Notes: generated by a model from the sequence alone, not told the origin. Counted from the first letter of the stretch, positions 12,617 through 23,665 are shown. The stretch is DNA of 64,000 nucleotides from Candidatus Tenderia sp. (GCA_031416075.1 JANOSY010000017.1:32001-96000); one strand, 5' to 3'. Translations and numbers: made by a program.

Positions 12617-13678
12617 ATGACACTACCCCTAACCACACCACCACACACACTCTGCCTGCTACGACTATCCGCCCTCGGTGATATCAGCCACACCCTGCCT
12701 ATCGTTCGTACCCTGCAACAGGCGTGGCCACAGACAAAAATCACCTGGATCATTGGTAAACTTGAACATCAATTGGTGAGTGACATTCCTGATATTGAAT
12801 TTATCATTTTCGATAAAAAGGAGGGGATGGGTGCCTACAAAAAACTACATCAAAAGATGCGTGGCCGCCACTTCGATGTACTGCTACACATGCAGATGTC
12901 AATCCGCGCCAGCATCGCCAGCCTGCTCATTCCCGCCAACATCAAATTGGGCTTTGATAAAGGGCGTGGCAAAGATATGCAGTGGCTCTTTACCAACCAC
13001 AAAATTGCAGCAAAACCACAACAACATGTCATCGACAGTTTTTTTGGTTTCACTGAAGCACTGGGAATTAAAGAGCACCTATTACAGTGGAACATCCCCA
13101 TTCCCGCAGAGGCCCACACATTTGCAATACAACAGTTGGCCAGCAACAAAAAGATATTGGTCATCAGCCCCTGCTCAAGCATGAGTTACCGCAACTGGAG
13201 CGTTGAAGGATATGCCAGCGTTGCCAACTACGCCACGGAACAACATCACATGCAAGTGGTGCTCTGCGGTGGCCCAAGCGCACTGGAGCACGAGTATGGC
13301 GAAAAAATCAGTCAGCATTGCAACCACACACCCCTCAACCTGATTGGCAAAACCAGCATCAAACAGCTGTTAGCCATCCTGTCACACGCAGACATCATCA
13401 TCGCCCCCGACTCTGGCCCGGCCCACCTTGGCACCGCCGTAGGCACACCCGTTATTGGACTCTACGCCTGCACCAACCCCGATCGGGCGCGCCCCTATCT
13501 GGATGCTGATCTGGTAGTGAATCGATATACCGATGCCATCAATGCAAAGTATGGCGCACAGACCCATACCATCCCGTGGGGAACACGTGTACGTGATGCA
13601 GGCACCATGGAAAGAATTTCTCACGACGATGTAATTAACAAACTGGAGCATGCTCTTAATTCTATTGATATTTTATAA
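12617..13678 (+). CDS. GT9 heptosyltransferase (OpsX-like heptosyltransferase I)
   Basis: RLSALGD and PDSGPAHL motifs; located near kdkA. Confidence 0.85.
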   Translation: MTLPLTTPPHTLCLLRLSALGDISHTLPIVRTLQQAWPQTKITWIIGKLEHQLVSDIPDIEFIIFDKKEGMGAYKKLHQKMRGRHFDVLLHMQMSIRASIASLLIPANIKLGFDKGRGKDMQWLFTNHKIAAKPQQHVIDSFFGFTEALGIKEHLLQWNIPIPAEAHTFAIQQLASNKKILVISPCSSMSYRNWSVEGYASVANYATEQHHMQVVLCGGPSALEHEYGEKISQHCNHTPLNLIGKTSIKQLLAILSHADIIIAPDSGPAHLGTAVGTPVIGLYACTNPDRARPYLDADLVVNRYTDAINAKYGAQTHTIPWGTRVRDAGTMERISHDDVINKLEHALNSIDIL

Positions 13679-14666
13679 CCATAGAATTAACACACCAACA
13701 AAACACAATAACGCCAAGAGACTCCCCACCTATTTTTAGCAACAAAATGAAAAATCAGCATAATTTTAATTTTTCAAAAAAACTATCAAATACACCATCC
13801 ATCTTTAACATACATAGCAATCACTAGGTTCACACCTGCCTCGCATCTCCCACCTATATTGGCTAGGTATAATACTAAAAACACAATAACTCCCCCTCAT
13901 ATTGCTTCACACTAATCAATGATCTACACTTCAAAAATCTAAATGACAAGTCACCTTGCCGTTTGGATAATGGAATATTAACTCCTATATTCAACACATG
14001 GATTTTCAACACCAATAAGGAAAATAATGATGGATTTTAATCGCGCTCTAGGTGTATCACTAACGATCATCTCTCTCACGTTTGTACCTCCAGTTATGGC
14101 TATTGGAAACGGCACATTCGCGCCAGCCCCTCAAGACGGAAATAGCAACACATTTGGGCTCGGGCATACATGGCCCGGAACGTTAACAAATACTTATATT
14201 GCTGATTTCAATGGGGATGGAAAAAGTGATATCTTGCGCCAAGAAAAGGGGGAATGGGAGAACGACGCACTCAACATGATCCAAGTATACCTCGGTCAGG
14301 GAAACGGTACCTTTTCAGTCGCCCCACAAGATGGAAATAGCAACACCATCGGACTAGGCCATCCATGGAAAGATAGTTTAACCAATATTTATATTGGTGA
14401 TTTCAATGGAGATGGCAAAAGCGATATCTTGCGTCAAGAAAAGGGGGTGTGGGAAAACGATGCTCGAAACATGATTCAAGTGTACCTCGGCCAAGGAAAT
14501 GGGACTTTTATAGCAGCCCCTCAGGACGGAAACAGCAATACAGTAGGGCTAGGTGTCCCCTGGAACGGTAGTTTGACAGATGTTTATGTCGGTGATTTTA
14601 ATGGTGATGGAAAGAGTGATCTCATACGTCAAGAAAAGGGTAGGTGGGCTAGTGAAAATGCATTAA

Positions 14667-15958
14667 CAGGCTGTTGAAAAACTACCGCGCCATCATTGGC
14701 CCCTGTAAACTACCGACACCGATAATCTCCAACCCAAGATCCAAAAATGCGCGGCGCAGATATCACTCAAGAATCCCTGTTCACCACGGTTCACCTAGAA
14801 ACTTTTGTTCCCAAGAACCACCCACTGCGACCAATTCGCACCTTATTCAACGAAGCCCTGAAACGGATCAGCTGGCTACTTGATAGCGCCTATTCAGAAT
14901 ATGGTCGCGAATCGATTCCGCCGGAGCGGTTACTGAGAGCCCAGATGCTTCAAGTGCTTTTCACTATTCGCAGTGAACGTCAGCTGGTCGAACAGGTCAG
15001 CTACAACCTGCTATACCGCTGGTTTGTTGGTCTGAGTATTGACGACAAGGTATGGAACCACTCCACCTTCAGCCAGAACCGTGACCGTTTATTGGAGCAC
15101 AACGTCATCCCCGCGCTCTTCGAAGAGGTTGTCGAGCTGGCAAAAAAACGCAACCTGATCAGCGAAGAGCATTTCAGTGTCGATGGCACACTGATTCAAG
15201 CGTGGGCCTCACAGAAAAGTTTTTGCCCCAAAGACGAGGATAATGATCCAGAGGATAAAGGGCGCAACGCTGAGCGCGATTTTCACGGAGAGAGGCGTCT
15301 CAACGAGACGCATGAATCACGTACCGATCCAGAAGCCAGGAATTACAAAAAGTCCAAAGGCAGTGAAGCCAAGATGGCCTATCTGGGGCACACCGTCATG
15401 GAAAACCGCAACGGACTGATCGTCAAAGCCGACGCCAGCCTGGCCACTGGCACGGCTGAGCGTGACACCGCCGCAAAGCAACTCAAGAGCCTTCCAGGAA
15501 AGCATCGCAAAACTGTCGGTGCCGATAAAAACTACGACACAAAAGGTTTCGTGGCCGCGTGCCGCGAAGCAAATGTCACACCGCATGTTGCCCAGAACAT
15601 CAAACGCAACGGGGGTTCTGCGATTGATGGGCGTACCCGCGGCCACGAAGGCTACGAAGTCAGTCAGCGAATTCGCAAACGCATTGAAGAGGGGTTTGGC
15701 TGGGGCAAGACAATTGGTTTGATCAGGCAGGTCAAGGTGCGCGGTCTTGCCCGAGTGAATGCCATTTTCAACATGACATTCATCGGCTGGAATTTAACGC
15801 GGATGCGCAATTTACAGGAGCAGTCCGTCCAGATGGCATGAAATGCCTGAGAGTGGACGAAAACCTTGGGAATTTTTCGCTAAATATCGTTATTTTTGGC
15901 TGTTTTTAGAAAAATCACCGGCATGTGGAGGTTGCGGAGTTTGATTTTCAACGGCCTG
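14667..15958 (+). mobile_element. IS5-family insertion sequence, 1292 bp
   Basis: Terminal inverted repeats CAGGCTGTTGAAAA / TTTTCAACGGCCTG (13/14 match); TTAA duplication at 14663-14666 and 15959-15962. Confidence 0.92.
14747..15841 (+). CDS. IS5-family DDE transposase
   Basis: HPLRPIR, GRESIPPE, RSERQL, FSVDGTLI, GADKNYD and RKRIEEGFGW motifs. Confidence 0.93.
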   Translation: MRGADITQESLFTTVHLETFVPKNHPLRPIRTLFNEALKRISWLLDSAYSEYGRESIPPERLLRAQMLQVLFTIRSERQLVEQVSYNLLYRWFVGLSIDDKVWNHSTFSQNRDRLLEHNVIPALFEEVVELAKKRNLISEEHFSVDGTLIQAWASQKSFCPKDEDNDPEDKGRNAERDFHGERRLNETHESRTDPEARNYKKSKGSEAKMAYLGHTVMENRNGLIVKADASLATGTAERDTAAKQLKSLPGKHRKTVGADKNYDTKGFVAACREANVTPHVAQNIKRNGGSAIDGRTRGHEGYEVSQRIRKRIEEGFGWGKTIGLIRQVKVRGLARVNAIFNMTFIGWNLTRMRNLQEQSVQMA

Positions 15959-16815
15959 TTAAACAACATTCAGGTTTTTCTAGGGCAAGCGAATGGCACT
16001 TTTGTGGCCGCATCAAGAGATGGAAATAATAACACCCTAGGATTAGGGCACGCCTGGAATGGCGATCTGACAAAAGTTTACGTCGGCGACTTCAACGGTG
16101 ATGGAAGGAGCGATATTCTCCGGCAAGAAAAGGGAATATGGGCCAGCGAGAACAATCTCAATACAATTCAAGTTTTTCTCGGCCAAACAAATGGAACATT
16201 TCTGGCGTCACAAAGAGATGGAAATAGCAATACAGTAGGACTAGGGCATGCTTGGAATGGTGATTTAACAAATGCTTTCATCGGGGACTTCAACGGTGAT
16301 GGTAAAAATGATATTTTACGCCAAGAAAAAGGAATTTGGGAATATGATGATATCAATATGATTCAGGTATTCCTTGGCCAGGGAAATGGGACGTTTATAG
16401 CCTCACCACAAGACAGTAACAACAACACCCTAGGTTTAGGTACTCCTTGGAAAGCAAATTACACCAACATTAGGGTCGGAGATTTCAATGGTGATGGTAG
16501 AAGTGATATTCTACGTCAAGAGCAAGGGGAATGGGCAAGTGCGGATATGCTCAATACCATTCAAGTATTTCTCGGCCAAAGCAATGGTACATTCTCCATA
16601 GCTCCTCGCGACACAAACGGCAATGCAGTAGGGCTAGGCCATCCTTGGGACGGCCTTCTAGCTATTGCGAAGACTGGGGATTTTAATGGTGATGGCCTGC
16701 AGGACATACTACGCCAGGAAACTGGCGCGTGGGCAAAAGATGCCTTCATGATGATTCAGGTATATCTGAGCCGATAAATTTCTTTTTAAAGCTTTTTATC
16801 CCCTACGTCCAAATT

Positions 16816-16846
16816 AATAGCCGCCTTGTTTAACAGGGCGGTTATT
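16816..16846. terminator. Probable terminator hairpin between convergent genes
   Basis: aatagccgccttgtt-t-aacagggcggttatt inverted repeat. Confidence 0.6.
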
Positions 16847-16850
16847 CAAA

Positions 16851-17510
16851 TTAAATACGCGAGGCATAATAATGATAACTATGCCACTTTGCCTTTAACG
16901 TCTCCGCAATTCCCAACGCCGGTGGGCTGCCTTTATAAAACACCGTATCAGTATTATTCCAGATCCATACTGAATAACCATTTTCAACCATCCAGTCGGC
17001 AATAGCACCCAACCTGGGATTACAGTAGTCACGGCTCTGTGTCTCCAGCGCAATCACTTTTGGTCGGCTACGCATTCGTGACAGTACTGAGTACTCACCC
17101 CCTTCCACATCCACCGTTACCAGATCGTAATCAGCTGTATCAACATCAGCAAAATCGACACATTTAACCGTGATAATCTGAGCTGTCGATTTATCATACC
17201 CATCATGATTAATCGCCGGCGAGGCAGTTTGGGCTGCATTAAAGGTGGATGGCCCGGCCATACAGAGATCCAGAGTACCGTTGTAATCAGACACAGCCAC
17301 CCGGTGCAATACAGTACGTTTGTACACCGCAACATCCAGCGCTATATTGTCGCAAAATTCTGGCACCGCCTCATACAGATCACACTGCACCCCCTCCTCC
17401 ACAAAGCCGCGAATGGCTGAGGCCTCAAATGAGAGCACCCCCACCTCAGCGGCTCTGTTAATCACCACACCGGCTTTTTTAATGGCCCAATAGAGCTTAT
17501 CTTTACGCAT
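16851..17510 (-). CDS. FkbM family methyltransferase
   Basis: AEVG...YEAVP, AVSD and DVEGGE motifs. Confidence 0.75.
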   Translation of the reverse strand: MRKDKLYWAIKKAGVVINRAAEVGVLSFEASAIRGFVEEGVQCDLYEAVPEFCDNIALDVAVYKRTVLHRVAVSDYNGTLDLCMAGPSTFNAAQTASPAINHDGYDKSTAQIITVKCVDFADVDTADYDLVTVDVEGGEYSVLSRMRSRPKVIALETQSRDYCNPRLGAIADWMVENGYSVWIWNNTDTVFYKGSPPALGIAETLKAKWHSYHYYASRI

Positions 17511-17705
17511 TCCATCTCCTAAACCTAACTATCAAAGGATAAATACCCCCTCACCACTCAAGCCACAAAGCTCCGTCTCGCCATTGCCCCATTAAAAACA
17601 ACAGAACAGTCAACGAACAAAACTCATCCAATCAACTATTTTTACCGGGCCTGCCAAAAACGGTACAATGCGCCATCCATAAAAAACGTTACCACAAAGC
17701 CATCC

Positions 17706-18461
17706 ATGACACCTTCAGCACCATCACTTGACGTTGCACTTGGCACCTACAACGAACCAGAGTTTACCGCCGCCACCCTGGAGGGGTACGCCAATCAGAC
17801 AGACATGAACTTTACACTACTGGTTGCCGATGATGGCTCAAAAGATGATATTCGTCAGCTGGTGGAGCAGTATAAGGATAGAATAAAGATCAAATATTTC
17901 TACCAGGAAGATATCGGCTTCCGCAAAGCAAAAATCTTAAATACCGCTGTTTCACACAGCACAGCGGACTATCTTGTCTTCTCTGATAACGACTGCATCC
18001 CTTCAAAGTACTTTATCGAAGACCACAAAAAAGCGGCCACCCCCGGTTTTTTTGTCTCGGGCAGGCGCATCGACTGTCAAAACAGGGCGCTGAATCAGCT
18101 CTTTTTCAATCTGGATAATTATAGCGACTTACCATTTGACCACGCAGGCTGGCTAATCAAAAATGCGATCTTAAAAAACGTTAAATATGCAGAAATCGCC
18201 ATTCGCATACCTTACTGGTTACATCAGCTCTGGAGCAAAAAACCCAAACCGCTACTGGGTGCCAACATGGCCATGTGGCGCGCAGATTTTATACAGGCCG
18301 GGCAGTTTGATGAAAACTTCACTACCTACGGCGGAGAAGATCCTGACCTCGAACGTAGACTTCTTGCCCACACTCCTGCCAGGTTAAAAACAGTGCGTGG
18401 CAGGGCCTATGTTTTTCACTTCTACCATAAATCACGCTCACAAACCCCCTCCGCGGCTTAA
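17706..18461 (+). CDS. Glycosyltransferase family 2
   Basis: TYN, ADDGS, FRKAKILN, FSDNDC and GGEDPD motifs. Confidence 0.88.
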   Translation: MTPSAPSLDVALGTYNEPEFTAATLEGYANQTDMNFTLLVADDGSKDDIRQLVEQYKDRIKIKYFYQEDIGFRKAKILNTAVSHSTADYLVFSDNDCIPSKYFIEDHKKAATPGFFVSGRRIDCQNRALNQLFFNLDNYSDLPFDHAGWLIKNAILKNVKYAEIAIRIPYWLHQLWSKKPKPLLGANMAMWRADFIQAGQFDENFTTYGGEDPDLERRLLAHTPARLKTVRGRAYVFHFYHKSRSQTPSAA

Positions 18462-18476
18462 CAGTAAGCCCCCTAT

Positions 18477-19613
18477 ATGACGGCTGATGCTTTGAAAAAA
18501 AACATCCTGATTGTCTGCACCTCTCCCTCACTCGGCGGGCTTGAGTTGTATGCTGAGCGTGAATGGCGAAACTTAACCCAGCACTCTGAACATAACTGCC
18601 ACTTTGCACTGTCGGCCAGTGGCAAACTTATGCAACGATTGAAACAGCAATACGACATAAAACAGTTACCGATTCATGCCAATAAATTTCTCCCACTGCT
18701 CGCCGCCGTTAAAATGGCCCGCTATATTGACCGGCACAACATTAATGTCATTCATATGCACTGGGGCAACGATCTGCACCTCTGTGCACTGGCCAAAATT
18801 CTCTCAAAAACAAAACCGGCGCTCATTTACAGCCGCCACATGCGGATTACCCGTCCTAAAAAAGATCTCTTTCACCGATTTTTTTATCGTCAAGTTAACA
18901 CTGTGTTAGCAGTCAGCCGCTGTGTATTAAATGATGCCCATCTTTTTCTGCCCCTTAATAAATCACAAACCCAACTACTACACCCAGGTGTTGCCGCGCC
19001 AACAACCGTGACCAACAACTGCCCTGCCCATCTGCCGGAATATCAGCCGGAGAGTGGTTTTTACATTGGCATGTTTGGCCGCATTGAACATGGCAAAGGT
19101 CAGCATCTGTTGATTGATGCCGTTGCCTCACTGCTGCATGATGGCACTCATGTGACTGCGTATATTGTTGGCCACCCAATGGATAACGCCTATTTTTCAT
19201 CCTTAAAAAAGAGGGTCCTGGAAGAAAACCTGAGCGACAATATAGTGTTCATGGATTTTGTAGACAACCCTGGCCAAATACTCCCCTGCTTTGATCTGAT
19301 CACACTGTTAACTTACTGCGAGACGTTTGGTCTGATTCTCGCCGAGGCCATGCGCGCCAATGTCTGCGTGATTGGCACCAATGCGGGCGGGGTACCTGAT
19401 ATCATAGACGATGAAAAAAATGGCCTGCTAATTGAAGCAGGGGACGCCAACATGCTGGCCCTTGCCATCAAAAGGCTGCATGATAATCCTGAATTAAAAA
19501 ACAGACTGGCACATGCTGGAAAAACAAAAGCAGATCTCTATTTCAATGAAGAGATCCATTTTTCTAAACTACGTGACATTATTGCATATCCATCACTAGG
19601 CAATAAAAAATAA
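18477..19613 (+). CDS. Glycosyltransferase family 4
   Basis: GGLE, GRIEHGKGQ and ETFGLILAEAM motifs. Confidence 0.88.
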   Translation: MTADALKKNILIVCTSPSLGGLELYAEREWRNLTQHSEHNCHFALSASGKLMQRLKQQYDIKQLPIHANKFLPLLAAVKMARYIDRHNINVIHMHWGNDLHLCALAKILSKTKPALIYSRHMRITRPKKDLFHRFFYRQVNTVLAVSRCVLNDAHLFLPLNKSQTQLLHPGVAAPTTVTNNCPAHLPEYQPESGFYIGMFGRIEHGKGQHLLIDAVASLLHDGTHVTAYIVGHPMDNAYFSSLKKRVLEENLSDNIVFMDFVDNPGQILPCFDLITLLTYCETFGLILAEAMRANVCVIGTNAGGVPDIIDDEKNGLLIEAGDANMLALAIKRLHDNPELKNRLAHAGKTKADLYFNEEIHFSKLRDIIAYPSLGNKK

Positions 19614-19627
19614 CCGGCATCAACACA

Positions 19628-20662
19628 ATGCAAAGCAACAATAAAAGAATACTGATCGTCCGCAACGACAAGCTCGGTGACTTTATGCTTGCCTGGCCCG
19701 CCTTTGCCACGCTTAAACAGAACATGCCTGATTGTGAAATCCATGCATTGGTCAGCCACTACACTGCTGACATGGCAAAACTCTGCCCTAACATTGACAG
19801 CGTCATCATTGACCCAGGCAAGCAGACATCACTCAGCGATAAGTTAAGTTTTACTGCTGCATTAAAGAAACAGCACTACAACGCGGTCATCACGCTCTTT
19901 TCGACCACACATATTGGCTGGATGGTGATGTGTGCAGGAATAGCCTATCGTCTTGCACCGGCCACAAAATTTGCACAGCTATTTTATAATCAGCGGCTCA
20001 AGCAGCGCCGTTCACTCTCTGAACAGCCAGAGTATGCCTACAATCAGGCGCTGGTTATGCATTATCTATCCGCGTTAGGCATTCAGCCTGCCACAACACC
20101 ACAACCACCGTTTTTAAAGTTTGACAACTCAATTCTTAACAAGCTAAAACAACAGTTCTGCCATCAACACAGCATTCAAACTGATCATAAATTAATATTC
20201 ATTCATCCCGGCAGTGGCGGCTCCGCCAATAATTTAAGCCTGGAGCAGTATGCAGATATAGCAAGGTCGTTACGATCCAGAGACCGGCATACCATCGTCA
20301 TTAGTGCTGGCCCCAGCGAAATCGACTATGCAGAGACCTTGGGCAAACTACTGGGGGATATACCCCATACCGTCTATGCATCAACGCAGGGATTAGAACA
20401 GTTCAGTCAACACATTGCGATCGCTGATCTATTTATTAGCGGTTCTACCGGGCCACTGCATATTGCCGGTGCACTTAACTGTAATACTGCGGCCTTTTAT
20501 CCACGTCGCCGCTCTGCTACAGCACTGCGCTGGCAGACAACCAACGAGGCCCATAAACGACTCTGGTTTTCTCCACCAGAGGGTGCTGAACAAGAGGCGA
20601 TGTCGACCATTGATACGTCTGATGCCGCACAACAGATCAGCGAAAAGTTTTTATTGGTCTAA
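19628..20662 (+). CDS. Glycosyltransferase family 9
   Basis: RNDKLGDFML, HPGSGGSA and STGPLHIA motifs. Confidence 0.88.
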   Translation: MQSNNKRILIVRNDKLGDFMLAWPAFATLKQNMPDCEIHALVSHYTADMAKLCPNIDSVIIDPGKQTSLSDKLSFTAALKKQHYNAVITLFSTTHIGWMVMCAGIAYRLAPATKFAQLFYNQRLKQRRSLSEQPEYAYNQALVMHYLSALGIQPATTPQPPFLKFDNSILNKLKQQFCHQHSIQTDHKLIFIHPGSGGSANNLSLEQYADIARSLRSRDRHTIVISAGPSEIDYAETLGKLLGDIPHTVYASTQGLEQFSQHIAIADLFISGSTGPLHIAGALNCNTAAFYPRRRSATALRWQTTNEAHKRLWFSPPEGAEQEAMSTIDTSDAAQQISEKFLLV

Positions 20663-21427
20663 ATGGTTTGGCTGTCGCCGCACCCAGAGATCTGCATATT
20701 TAACAAACGTTGAGTGAGCAGACAATATGGCCAACAGCAGTCCCTGTTGGCCATCGAGAAAACCGGCCCGCAATAGGTACATCCGCACAAAACAACCTAA
20801 CCCATGCAAGCCCCCTTGCAGCAGGGAAGCCCTTTTACCACGCAGCTCGCGCTGCAACGCCCATTCACTGGCGTAGTGGGCTGACTTGACCAGATAATGT
20901 TCGAGGTCTCGATAGGTGTAGTGCAACATGTCACCACGCAATTTTCTAAGTTTCAGACTGTCTGGGTATTCCAGTTTTTCATGGACCCGTGCGGCGTTAT
21001 AAGCGGCCTTTTGCCGTGGATACAAACGCACCACGTAATCGGGGTACCAACCACTGTGGCGAATAAACCGACCAAAGCAGTATGACAGTCTGGGCAAGGC
21101 GTACACACCATTCATATTGACTGGATCATCAACAACGGCTTTGATCTCAGCAATCAACGCGGGCGTTAATATCTCATCAGCATCCACCATCAATACCCAG
21201 TCACCGGTTGCGTAACTCTGTGCACGCTGTCGCTGCACACCAAAACCAGCCCACTCGGTAGCGGTATATACCTTGTCTGTATAAACGCGTGCAACATCAA
21301 CGGTATTGTCGCGACTGCCACTATCAAGCACCACAATCTCATCAGCCCACACAAGCCCCTGCAAACATGCGGCTAGATTATTGGCCTCATTTTTAACGAT
21401 GAGTACTGCTGAGACTTTAACGTTCAT
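20651..21427 (-). CDS. GT2 LPS core beta-1,4-glucosyltransferase (WaaE/LgtF-like)
   Basis: VKNE, DSGS, WAGFGVQRQRAQ, DADE, VHE and GFLDG motifs. Confidence 0.88.
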   Translation of the reverse strand: MNVKVSAVLIVKNEANNLAACLQGLVWADEIVVLDSGSRDNTVDVARVYTDKVYTATEWAGFGVQRQRAQSYATGDWVLMVDADEILTPALIAEIKAVVDDPVNMNGVYALPRLSYCFGRFIRHSGWYPDYVVRLYPRQKAAYNAARVHEKLEYPDSLKLRKLRGDMLHYTYRDLEHYLVKSAHYASEWALQRELRGKRASLLQGGLHGLGCFVRMYLLRAGFLDGQQGLLLAILSAHSTFVKYADLWVRRQPNHLDQ

Positions 21428-22664
21428 ACAACCCTTTCTGCCTGTTTGTGGACACCATCAATAGCGCCAGCAGAACTACATAGACAGAGGATATTGATGA
21501 CCTGCCAGCCCAGTTCTGCCCGATGCCAAACACCGCAAATGTCAACACTAACAGGACCCCAGCAACAGGGGCAAAGAGATGCATATCATCCCGGCGAGAC
21601 ACGTACGCGGCTGTAAAAAACCGCAGCGGCAGAACGATCAGCGCCAGTAACATAGTGATGAGCCCCAGAAGACCGGTGGTTGCAAGAAACTCAAAATAGA
21701 TACTGTGCGCTTCACCGTACGCGGTGATCAACGTGGTTTCACCCGCCGCCATAATCTGCTTCATGTCTGTGAAGTAATCGCCCAGCCCGCTACCAATCAT
21801 CGGATTTTTCTGCCAGATGTCATAGGATATCTCCCACATTAATAGCCGCTCGCCTACCGCCGTATTGCCATCACCACCGCTGGCAAACTGCACCAGATTA
21901 CGCCCCGCCTCGGCCATTCGATCATGAACGATGGTGCTATTGGTAGCGACAAACAGCCCACCAGCAAGCATCAATGCCGCCAGAAAAAAGCGTTTTAACC
22001 GCTCACGTCGAGTATTCGATATATATAAAAAGTGGGCCAACACTACCAATGCGGCAACGGGAAAGGCTAACCAGCTGCCACGTGTCAGGGACATAACACT
22101 GGCATACAACGCACCCGCCACGCTGATTAAGGCCAATAACAATAACCAGCGTTGCCTCCGGCAGATAATCGCTATTGCCAGGGAAAAAACAGCAATCAGT
22201 ATAGTGAAGTTACCAAACAGAATTGCGTTGTAGGCACCATCTGCCCGTCCGTTCTCTATATCCACAATGGATGACCAGAGCACAACAGGCCCGGCAACAA
22301 CCACACCCCATTGCAGGTACTTCAGCGCATCCAGTTTAAGTTGGCGCAACAGCAGATAAATCGGCACGATGCCTACAAACCTCAGCAGTCGTTCAAGCCT
22401 GCTGATGGACTTACCCATGTCATCACTATTCACCAGGCTCAGTGTTGCCGCTGCAAAAAAAATCAATCCGGCATACAAGACGTGGCGCTCATCAGCTTGC
22501 AGATTTTTCCACTCTGGCCAGCCCCATACCAGCCCCATCAGAAACAACAGACTGAAGATGGTGCTTGCGGAGTGTTCGACCGTTGCCATGGTCACTGGCA
22601 GCAAAAAGATCAGCCCTGCTATAAACAGATTAACCGCTCTGTTATCCATCGTACGTTGCATCAA
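21417..22664 (-). CDS. waaL: O-antigen ligase family protein
   Basis: Multi-TM protein with SLTRGSW, ERLLMW, P-IGSG and AHS..FE motifs, within the LPS cluster. Confidence 0.8.
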   Translation of the reverse strand: MMQRTMDNRAVNLFIAGLIFLLPVTMATVEHSASTIFSLLFLMGLVWGWPEWKNLQADERHVLYAGLIFFAAATLSLVNSDDMGKSISRLERLLRFVGIVPIYLLLRQLKLDALKYLQWGVVVAGPVVLWSSIVDIENGRADGAYNAILFGNFTILIAVFSLAIAIICRRQRWLLLLALISVAGALYASVMSLTRGSWLAFPVAALVVLAHFLYISNTRRERLKRFFLAALMLAGGLFVATNSTIVHDRMAEAGRNLVQFASGGDGNTAVGERLLMWEISYDIWQKNPMIGSGLGDYFTDMKQIMAAGETTLITAYGEAHSIYFEFLATTGLLGLITMLLALIVLPLRFFTAAYVSRRDDMHLFAPVAGVLLVLTFAVFGIGQNWAGRSSISSVYVVLLALLMVSTNRQKGLYER

Positions 22665-23665
22665 AACGGTCCTGCTTTTTCCAATACGTAACTCACATCA
22701 ATCTCTCTCAAACAGCGATAGTGGCCCAGTGGGCATTCACGTTTGAAACAGGGGCTGCACTCCAGATTCAGATAGAGCACTGTGGCCTTATCAGTCAGTG
22801 GCGGTGTATAGCTGGGTGATGATGAGCCGTAGATGGCAACAATCTTACGTCCGGTAGCGGCGGCAATATGCATCAGGCCCGAGTCATTACTCACCACAAG
22901 ATCGGTCAGCGCAATCAGATCAACAACGTCTCCCAGCTGCGTGCGTCCTGCCAGATTAACCACGCCATCACCGGCACTGCCTGCAATCTCATCACACAGC
23001 GGCTGATCTTTGGCCGAGCCAAAAAGCCATACCTGTTTCCCCTGCGTGACCAGTTGCTGCGCCAATGCCGCAAAATAGTCGGGCGGCCAACGTTTGGCAG
23101 GACCATATTCAGCAGCGGGCATAAAACCTACCACCGGCTGTTCCAACGACAGACCCAATGTTTGCAGTAGCCGTTGCTGGTTATCCACATCAATGGTCAA
23201 TGATGGATAGCTGATTTCAGGCGGTAGTACAGCCTCACGTTCAAGCCCCAGCGCTACATAACGCTGCACTGTTTGTGTCAGCACCGTTTTATCCAGCTGC
23301 CGCATATCATTGATCAATCCATAACGCAGCTCGCCTGTATAACCGGTGCGTCTGGGGATATGGGCAAAAAAAGGGGTCAGTGCAGATTTAAAAGAGCGCG
23401 GTGTAATAATCGCCTGATCATACCCTTCCGCACGCAGCTGTTTACCAAGACGGTAGCGCTGTTTCAAACCCAACGTACCGTGGCCTAACGGCATCTCGAT
23501 GTGACGCCGCACCTCAGCCATACGTTGAATAATGGGACCAGACCAAGCTGGGGCCAAGACATCAATCACGACACCGGGATAACGTTGCTGCAAGGCTTGG
23601 TAGAGGCTCTGCGCCATCACCATATCCCCGACCCATGACGGGCCTGCCACCAGGATTTTTTGCAT
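22661..23665 (-). CDS. waaF: ADP-heptose:LPS heptosyltransferase II
   Basis: GPSWVGDMVMAQ, EYGPAKRWP, NDSGLMH and CSPCFKRECPLGH motifs. Confidence 0.94.
   Translation of the reverse strand: MQKILVAGPSWVGDMVMAQSLYQALQQRYPGVVIDVLAPAWSGPIIQRMAEVRRHIEMPLGHGTLGLKQRYRLGKQLRAEGYDQAIITPRSFKSALTPFFAHIPRRTGYTGELRYGLINDMRQLDKTVLTQTVQRYVALGLEREAVLPPEISYPSLTIDVDNQQRLLQTLGLSLEQPVVGFMPAAEYGPAKRWPPDYFAALAQQLVTQGKQVWLFGSAKDQPLCDEIAGSAGDGVVNLAGRTQLGDVVDLIALTDLVVSNDSGLMHIAAATGRKIVAIYGSSSPSYTPPLTDKATVLYLNLECSPCFKRECPLGHYRCLREIDVSYVLEKAGPF

Larger units (their letters stand above)
14027..16777 (+). pseudogene. Secreted FG-GAP/VCBS-repeat protein (7 repeats of ~65 aa) interrupted by an IS5-family element
   Basis: Signal peptide; repeated GDFNGDG(K/R)SDILRQE motif. 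Removing the IS plus one TTAA restores a 484-aa frame (ENAL|NNIQV). Confidence 0.9.

Noticed and set aside
15896-15958. N-terminus of the track ORF 15896..16777 as an independent gene start
   Set aside because: These codons lie inside the IS right end; the remainder is the 3' half of the interrupted propeller gene.
14100-16770. Regularly spaced DNA repeats suggesting a CRISPR array
   Set aside because: The period is ~195 bp, the repeats are in-frame coding FG-GAP units with synonymous variation, and there are no unique spacers or cas genes.
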